Below are positions 58,692 through 64,000 of a stretch of DNA of 64,000 bases, piece by piece; within the stretch, counting starts at the first letter, position 1; each line of letters begins with the position of its first letter. The translations under genes and the position numbers were made by a program. The stretch spans positions 263 through 64,262 of the IMG/VR virus record IMGVR_UViG_3300010382_000019; one strand, written 5' to 3'. Below the pieces are notes generated by a model. That model was not told the origin of the DNA and did no database searches. It saw nothing but the letters and a program-made list of their open reading frames with translations. Source of the stretch: a virus.

Positions 58692-59660
58692 TTACACTCT
58701 TGGATCAGGAAGCTGCCAGTACCATTGCCCGCCAAGCCTGACAGATTGAATATTAAGATTCCTTTTTGCAATCTTCACCGTCCTCTCTGAGATGCCCAGC
58801 TTTTCCGCCTGGCGGAATACCTCTTCTGCGGGAACAGGTACATTGAGTATTTCCTTGAGCGTTGTTTCCATCTGCATTGTTTTAGTCTGCACCGAACCAG
58901 TGCCGGAGAGTACTTCATCCACTGTGGCATCGCAATAGCCTTTCCATTGGAAACCATTTTCCGCATCCAATGAAAACGCAATGGACTTTCCCTCCGGAGC
59001 CAGGCTGCTTTTGTCGTGTGCAACGATTCGGACAGAAGGATCGCTTTTTAACCGTCCGACCAGAAGCACACTCCTTGCCGCTGCCCGGAAGTCAATGGAG
59101 CCGAGTCCGCGGTAGGAAGCTTTCAAGCCCTGCGCCTTGTTCATGTGACCAATCAGGACCACGGCACAGCCGGTACGGTCTGCCATGGCACACAAACGCT
59201 TGATCACCGGTCGTACCTCATTGGCACGGTACATGTCCACATCACAGCCAAGATATGCCTGCAGCGGATCAAGCACAATCAGGCGGGCGCCTGTTTCCCG
59301 GACAGCCTGCTCCAGCCGCTCATCGCATAACGTTAGCTCCCGGTCGGACTCATCGATGACCAGTACACGGGAACAGTCTGCGCCCGATTGCTCCAGACGT
59401 GGTTTGATGGTATCCGCCAGCCCGTCCTCAGCCGACTGATAAATGACATTGATGGGTGAGCTTGCCGTATCTTCCTCCGGAAGAGACTCGCCATTGGTCA
59501 GCAGCGCAATCATCGCCAGAACAAAAGATGTCTTTCCTTCTCCGGGATCGCCTTGAATGATGGTGACCTTTCCGTAAGGAATATACGGATACCAAAGCCA
59601 TTGCACCTGTTCAGCTTTAATGTCGCTCATCCGGATGAGACTAGATTTCTTTTTCTGCAT
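58692..59660 (-). CDS. AAA_25 family ATPase (RepA-like helicase)
   Basis: WLWYPYIPYGKVTIIQGDPGEGKT, IVLDPLQAYL, IGHMNK, GSIDFRAAARS. Confidence 0.9.
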   Translation of the reverse strand: MQKKKSSLIRMSDIKAEQVQWLWYPYIPYGKVTIIQGDPGEGKTSFVLAMIALLTNGESLPEEDTASSPINVIYQSAEDGLADTIKPRLEQSGADCSRVLVIDESDRELTLCDERLEQAVRETGARLIVLDPLQAYLGCDVDMYRANEVRPVIKRLCAMADRTGCAVVLIGHMNKAQGLKASYRGLGSIDFRAAARSVLLVGRLKSDPSVRIVAHDKSSLAPEGKSIAFSLDAENGFQWKGYCDATVDEVLSGTGSVQTKTMQMETTLKEILNVPVPAEEVFRQAEKLGISERTVKIAKRNLNIQSVRLGGQWYWQLPDPRV

Positions 59661-59989
59661 ATTCTCACCTCCGTTCCAAACTTATATTTGAAAATGCAAT
59701 CCCCATTTTGCAGAAGAGTTTGCTTTGTACTTTAACACCATGCTCCCGAACAGGTTCCTGCCCTGCGGCCTTGCGTGACCAACACGGCGTTCTCATTTCA
59801 TTGGCACGCTCGCCTGCGTTTTCAAGGTCTTGGCATGCTTTGTCTGAAAGTATCCACTCAGGGCACGGCTATTCAATTTTAAATCTTTCTTTTGTCCCAA
59901 TTTCATTTTCACAAATGCCGTGGTAGAATTATATAGAGAATACAAATAATTTATTTTGCGAAAATCCATTATTTGCAGAGGAGGGCAGT

Positions 59990-61078
59990 ATGTTTCCGTA
60001 TTTCAAAGTTTTCATCGACAATCAGTCGTTCATGAACATTCTCTGGTACACAAACGAACAAAAGCATGGCTTCCAGCGCAACGAGCAGATCGGGGAAGGG
60101 CTGGTGCGCTTCTGCGAACTTGATCTGACTTCCCTTGAAGAAAAATTAAAAGAGCTTGCCGACATACCGCTGACAAGCACGAATTACGACGTGATACGAA
60201 ATGTTATTTTCGATGCGGCGGAGCTATTAAAGGACAAGCACGACTATGCATTTTTCTTCCTGGTAGGAGCGCTGAACAATATCCTGGCAACACCAATTTA
60301 TTTTAAGGATGATATTGAAGCGCGGAAGCTGGAGCAGCTGCAAAGCTGTATTATGATTCTGAAGGATGTGCTGACATTGCAGGATATATTTGAATATGCC
60401 CTGCACTTTTGTCTTGACAAGGACAATCTGTCTGACCGGTCTACAGCCGAAAGACTGGTAGGCTTCTATTTTCAGTTTCCGGATTTGAGCAAGTTTACCG
60501 TGCAGACGGGTTTTGCGGTAGCTCCGGTGAAAAAAGGTGCTTTGGATTATATAAAGGTATGGGATATAAACGATCAGGGAATTACAGACACAAAGCAAAC
60601 ACTGGATGCTATTCATAATGATCGTTCCAAGGTCAGCCTGCTGCCGTATTATCACATTCAGGCACTGGACGAGATGCTGTTCTTTGAGTTTATGGAAATG
60701 CTCAAGCGCGGTATCCAGGTAAAGCGGTGCAGACTGTGCGACCGGTATTTCGTAATGATTGACAAGCGCAAACGGGAGTATTGCGGAAGATCATATGAAA
60801 ACGGGAAGAGCTGCCGGGAAGTCGGTCCGCTGCTCCGTTATGAACAGCAGCTCCAATCTGATACCTATCTGCAGAAATTTGAAACGGAGTACAACAAGAT
60901 TTACTCCCGTTTTTACCGCGCCGATGGCAAACTTGATTCCGAGCGATCCGGTAAGGATATGACACGGGAGGAGTTCTGGGTGTGGTCAAAGGCTGCGTCC
61001 AAGGCAAAGGCCGATTACCGGAAAAGATTGATAACCGGAGATGAGATGATGCGGATTGTAAGGAATGGTATGTTATAG
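59990..61078 (+). CDS. DUF6076-like protein with Zn ribbon
   Basis: KRCRLCDRYF...EYCGR...CREVG. Confidence 0.65.
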   Translation: MFPYFKVFIDNQSFMNILWYTNEQKHGFQRNEQIGEGLVRFCELDLTSLEEKLKELADIPLTSTNYDVIRNVIFDAAELLKDKHDYAFFFLVGALNNILATPIYFKDDIEARKLEQLQSCIMILKDVLTLQDIFEYALHFCLDKDNLSDRSTAERLVGFYFQFPDLSKFTVQTGFAVAPVKKGALDYIKVWDINDQGITDTKQTLDAIHNDRSKVSLLPYYHIQALDEMLFFEFMEMLKRGIQVKRCRLCDRYFVMIDKRKREYCGRSYENGKSCREVGPLLRYEQQLQSDTYLQKFETEYNKIYSRFYRADGKLDSERSGKDMTREEFWVWSKAASKAKADYRKRLITGDEMMRIVRNGML

Positions 61079-61183
61079 CTGATAGCTTCTAAACCGTGCG
61101 AAACGAACAGGAGAAAGAAAAAACGCATTCGGCCTGTCAGAGCTTTATGCGTTCTTTTTACATGCTTAATGCGGTGTAAAGTT

Positions 61184-62032
61184 CTATGGAGACGTTGTAT
61201 CAGGCTTATATGAAGGCGGGTTATTGTTCTTCTCCGGTGTTTCAACAAACACAATATGGATTTCATCACCGGTCAGCTCCGGCAGCTCTGAGGACGATGC
61301 GGTTGCTTCCCTCACCGGCGGTTCTTCGTCTCCCATATATCCGATTTTGTGTCCGTTTTCGTACATATCCTTAGCGACAGTAACGACGCTTCCTTCACCA
61401 TTGTCCTCTATCCATCCGAAGCCGGGCACCCATATACACTGCTTGCCATTGATAACGGCTTTTGATCCCGGCACTTCACCTGCGCCCATGATACCTACCA
61501 TCTTGTTGATGTCACCTTCGCCGTCTACTCTTGTACCGCCGCCCATCTGTCCGATTTTGTTTCCGGTGAGCTCATCGCCGGGGCTTCCGATCGTTGTTCC
61601 CGAACCGCCGCCCTCATCCTTGATCCATCCGAAGCCGAGAATGTAAATTTGTTTCTCGCCATTGACTACGCGCGTGTCCCCCATGTGTGGTTCAGGGGGT
61701 GATGAGGATGGTTTTGGGGACTTGGTTTTCTGCACCAGCTCAGGTGCAGGTGTTTTTTCTTCTGATGATGATAATTCTTTGTTCATGGTTGGAGCGCCGT
61801 GTTTCGAATTCTTTGATTCAGGTACTGTGACAGCTTCCGGTTCGGAGGTAATGGTATCGGCAGAGAAAATAACTGGGGGCGGCTCTTCCGGCTTTGTCTC
61901 AATTTTGAGGATTACGGCGGGTTTTACCTGGTCGGCGGGTACTTTCCCGTTCTCGGCGCTTTGAGGCCACACAGAAGCACACAGGGCGACACAGGCGGCG
62001 ATTATGATGCCGGTGATAATATGCTTCTTCAT
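61184..62032 (-). CDS. DUF6550-like secreted Pro-rich protein
   Basis: Signal peptide, Pro/Glu linker, duplicated GFGWI motif. Confidence 0.65.
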   Translation of the reverse strand: MKKHIITGIIIAACVALCASVWPQSAENGKVPADQVKPAVILKIETKPEEPPPVIFSADTITSEPEAVTVPESKNSKHGAPTMNKELSSSEEKTPAPELVQKTKSPKPSSSPPEPHMGDTRVVNGEKQIYILGFGWIKDEGGGSGTTIGSPGDELTGNKIGQMGGGTRVDGEGDINKMVGIMGAGEVPGSKAVINGKQCIWVPGFGWIEDNGEGSVVTVAKDMYENGHKIGYMGDEEPPVREATASSSELPELTGDEIHIVFVETPEKNNNPPSYKPDTTSP

Positions 62033-62036
62033 TTGA

Positions 62037-62342
62037 TTACCTCCTTAAAAATAACTGACGGGTGTCCGGCTCAGCTTTTTTGCTGCAATCCGAACACGCG
62101 TCGTAATTTTGTATTTGATTTGCAATCTGCCATGCCAGCCGGAATCCACAGATGAAGCTGTCCAATGAAATGTCCGCACAGATTTGATCCTTGTCATCGA
62201 TGATCTGCAGCACCAGCTTTCGGTTCTGTTTGCTCAGCCGCTGAGTCAATAGATGGTGGTTTGCTTCGATTCGCTTTTTATCCGGTGTGTTTTCCGGCAT
62301 CCGGTAGAAATGGTCATATAGCACTTTAAGTATATTGTCCAT
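62037..62342 (-). CDS. DUF6809-like small protein
   Basis: LKVLYDHF...DSFICGFRLAWQI. Confidence 0.65.
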   Translation of the reverse strand: MDNILKVLYDHFYRMPENTPDKKRIEANHHLLTQRLSKQNRKLVLQIIDDKDQICADISLDSFICGFRLAWQIANQIQNYDACSDCSKKAEPDTRQLFLRR

Positions 62343-62592
62343 TTGCGCTGCCTCCCTTCAACGACATACGATACCACACTCAGACTGAGATAGCTATTGT
62401 TTTTCCAAGCCGGAACAATTACTGGAGAGGAAATGCTGAAAAGACTCAGGACAGATTGAGAATTTTATAGCACACTGGGTGGCATATCCTGCAAATCGGT
62501 TTACAAGGTATGCATTAAAAATGGCAGGCATCCAGACCGGCTGTGCCGTCGAATCGATACCTGCCATAGTTACTATTAATGCATGGTTTTCT

Positions 62593-62775
62593 TTACATAG
62601 GTTCTTCAGGGAAGCTTACACGCCTTAAAACCAGCTTGTTATAGCTTTCCGCTACAATTATCTTCTCTCCGGGCGTAAAGCCCATTTTCTCTAGCCAAAC
62701 ACCCTGTATCCGTATTTGCGGTACTTCTTTTTTGCCGGGCATTGTACTTGATATGGTCAGTACTCTCACTTTCAA
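62593..62775 (-). CDS. SymE-family toxin-like protein
   Basis: VPQIRIQGVWLEKMGFTPGEKIIV; AAGGAGG RBS, TTG start. Confidence 0.75.
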   Translation of the reverse strand: MKVRVLTISSTMPGKKEVPQIRIQGVWLEKMGFTPGEKIIVAESYNKLVLRRVSFPEEPM

Positions 62776-62924
62776 AAGAATAACCTCCTTCGTTTTTGCC
62801 TTGTAAGGAGATTTCAGCTTCTGATATAATATTGGGGAAGCTTGTCCTTTTACAAGGCGGCTTTACTTGGTAGCGGAAGCCTGTAAGCCACAAACTTTTC
62901 AAGGTTTCCGTTGCCTTTTGATAA

Positions 62925-63116
62925 TCATTTTGTGGTTGTGCTTTTATCCAGGAATCCTTTTAACTGCTCGTCTGTTACTCTCCGGTGCTTTCCTATTTTC
63001 GTTCCCTTCATCCGGCCTGCCCAAATATATTTTCTTATGGTCTGAACAGGCAGTTTGATTTTTTTAGAAAGTTCTTCCGGCGTGTATATCTCCAACTTAT
63101 CACCTCCAACGGACAT
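62925..63116 (-). CDS. HTH_17/excisionase-like DNA-binding protein
   Basis: YTPEELSKKIKLPVQTIRKYI..GRMKGTKIG. Confidence 0.8.
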   Translation of the reverse strand: MSVGGDKLEIYTPEELSKKIKLPVQTIRKYIWAGRMKGTKIGKHRRVTDEQLKGFLDKSTTTK

Positions 63117-63683
63117 TATGCTTGATGTACTGTTAGAAGTCTATATAATTCGTTGTATTAGCTTTGAACATCGTTGTATTAACCGGATTGATATTCGGTA
63201 TATCTATTTTGTTTCTTTTCTGATATTAGGTGCTTTCTTGGAGTGAGCCCGCAATACAAGATGACGTGAAAAAGAGAGGTGGTCGTTACGACCTCCTCCC
63301 GATAAACTGTATTGTTTTCGAATCTATGATTTACTCTTGAAACGCTTATAAAGCCAAGCCCGCTGTCGCCGTTTTTTTATACCTTCGCCAAAAGCCCCAA
63401 ATAGCGATTAAAAATTGCTTTTAGGTATATTGATACTACCTGAGGCCTGAAAAGGGCACACAGGGGCACAAAGCCGCAGAAGGTTTTGTTGGTTTTGGAG
63501 CATGTTTCCGGTTTCTTCTGGCCTACTCTCGATGTATTCATAGATGAGAGTTGCTTTGAATAGATAAAAAAGTAGCTTTCCAGCATTTATAGCAGATTAA
63601 CAAAATTTAATGAGGCCATTTTCCCCTACTTCCCCAATATGGGGTTGCTACAAATAATCCTACTTAGGATGATGCATAGAAAA

Positions 63684-64000
63684 TTAAATTAAACTTTTTG
63701 CCGCCGTCTGAGTGCTCAAAATAAGATCCCACATAATTCCTTTGTCCCCAAATACCAACTCCCTGCAATTATCATAGTCAATTCGTTCAAGTTCATCAGT
63801 ATGAGCGGCCTTATTACGATAGTTAGAAGTCAAAGTATCAATGGCAGAAACCAAACAGTTTTTGTCAATAAGCCAATTTGAATTTGGTCGCTTAGAAATA
63901 AAGCCATTAAATCCGATTTTTAAGAAATCACTTTTCTCAAACCGTTCTTTACTATTAATTGCAGTAGAGATGAAATGACTAATAACACCTAATTCAGGAG
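63684..64000 (-). CDS. C-terminal part of a HEPN-motif protein (runs off the window; not in ORF track)
   Basis: Open frame ...LTSNYRNKAAHTDELERIDYDNCRELVFG..., containing RxxxxH. Confidence 0.65.
   Translation of the reverse strand, partial: PELGVISHFISTAINSKERFEKSDFLKIGFNGFISKRPNSNWLIDKNCLVSAIDTLTSNYRNKAAHTDELERIDYDNCRELVFGDKGIMWDLILSTQTAAKSLI

Larger units (their letters stand above)
55706..63473. mobile_element. Serine-recombinase integrative (mobilisable-type) element
   Basis: Visible GC rise, TnpX/TndX-like recombinase at the left end, AAA_25 ATPase, excisionase-like HTH at the right end. Boundaries are tentative. Confidence 0.75.

Noticed and set aside
63427-63436. ATATTGATAC match to the attL arm as the prophage attR
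   Set aside because: No continuation of the transporter reading frame follows in any frame; a 10-bp AT-rich match is expected by chance.

Overview
Low-GC Bacillota (Clostridia-like) chromosome segment almost entirely occupied by a temperate prophage. The prophage integrated via a large serine integrase into a GPH/MFS sugar-transporter gene, with attL near 338-375; its right end is not clearly reached. Gene order: integrase, immunity switch, recombination/replication genes, a leftward cargo block, packaging genes, podovirus-type virion genes with no tape measure, a 4430-aa polyvalent methylase/helicase protein, and lysis genes. A higher-GC serine-recombinase integrative element (about 55.7-63.5 kb) follows, then a partial HEPN gene. 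Four things stand out. (1) An integron-like gene-cassette array at 22.1-25.4 kb, with attC-like repeats, cassette-end complementarity, a candidate Pc/attI-like site and a predicted defence gene as first cassette. (2) Two RRNPP-type TPR receptors with three unannotated secreted signal peptides. (3) An adjacent radical SAM/SPASM RiPP cluster with an unannotated 26-aa precursor ending in four tandem aromatic-X-X triplets. (4) A probable gene overprinted inside the giant protein. All family calls are by-eye motif recognition; no database search was run.
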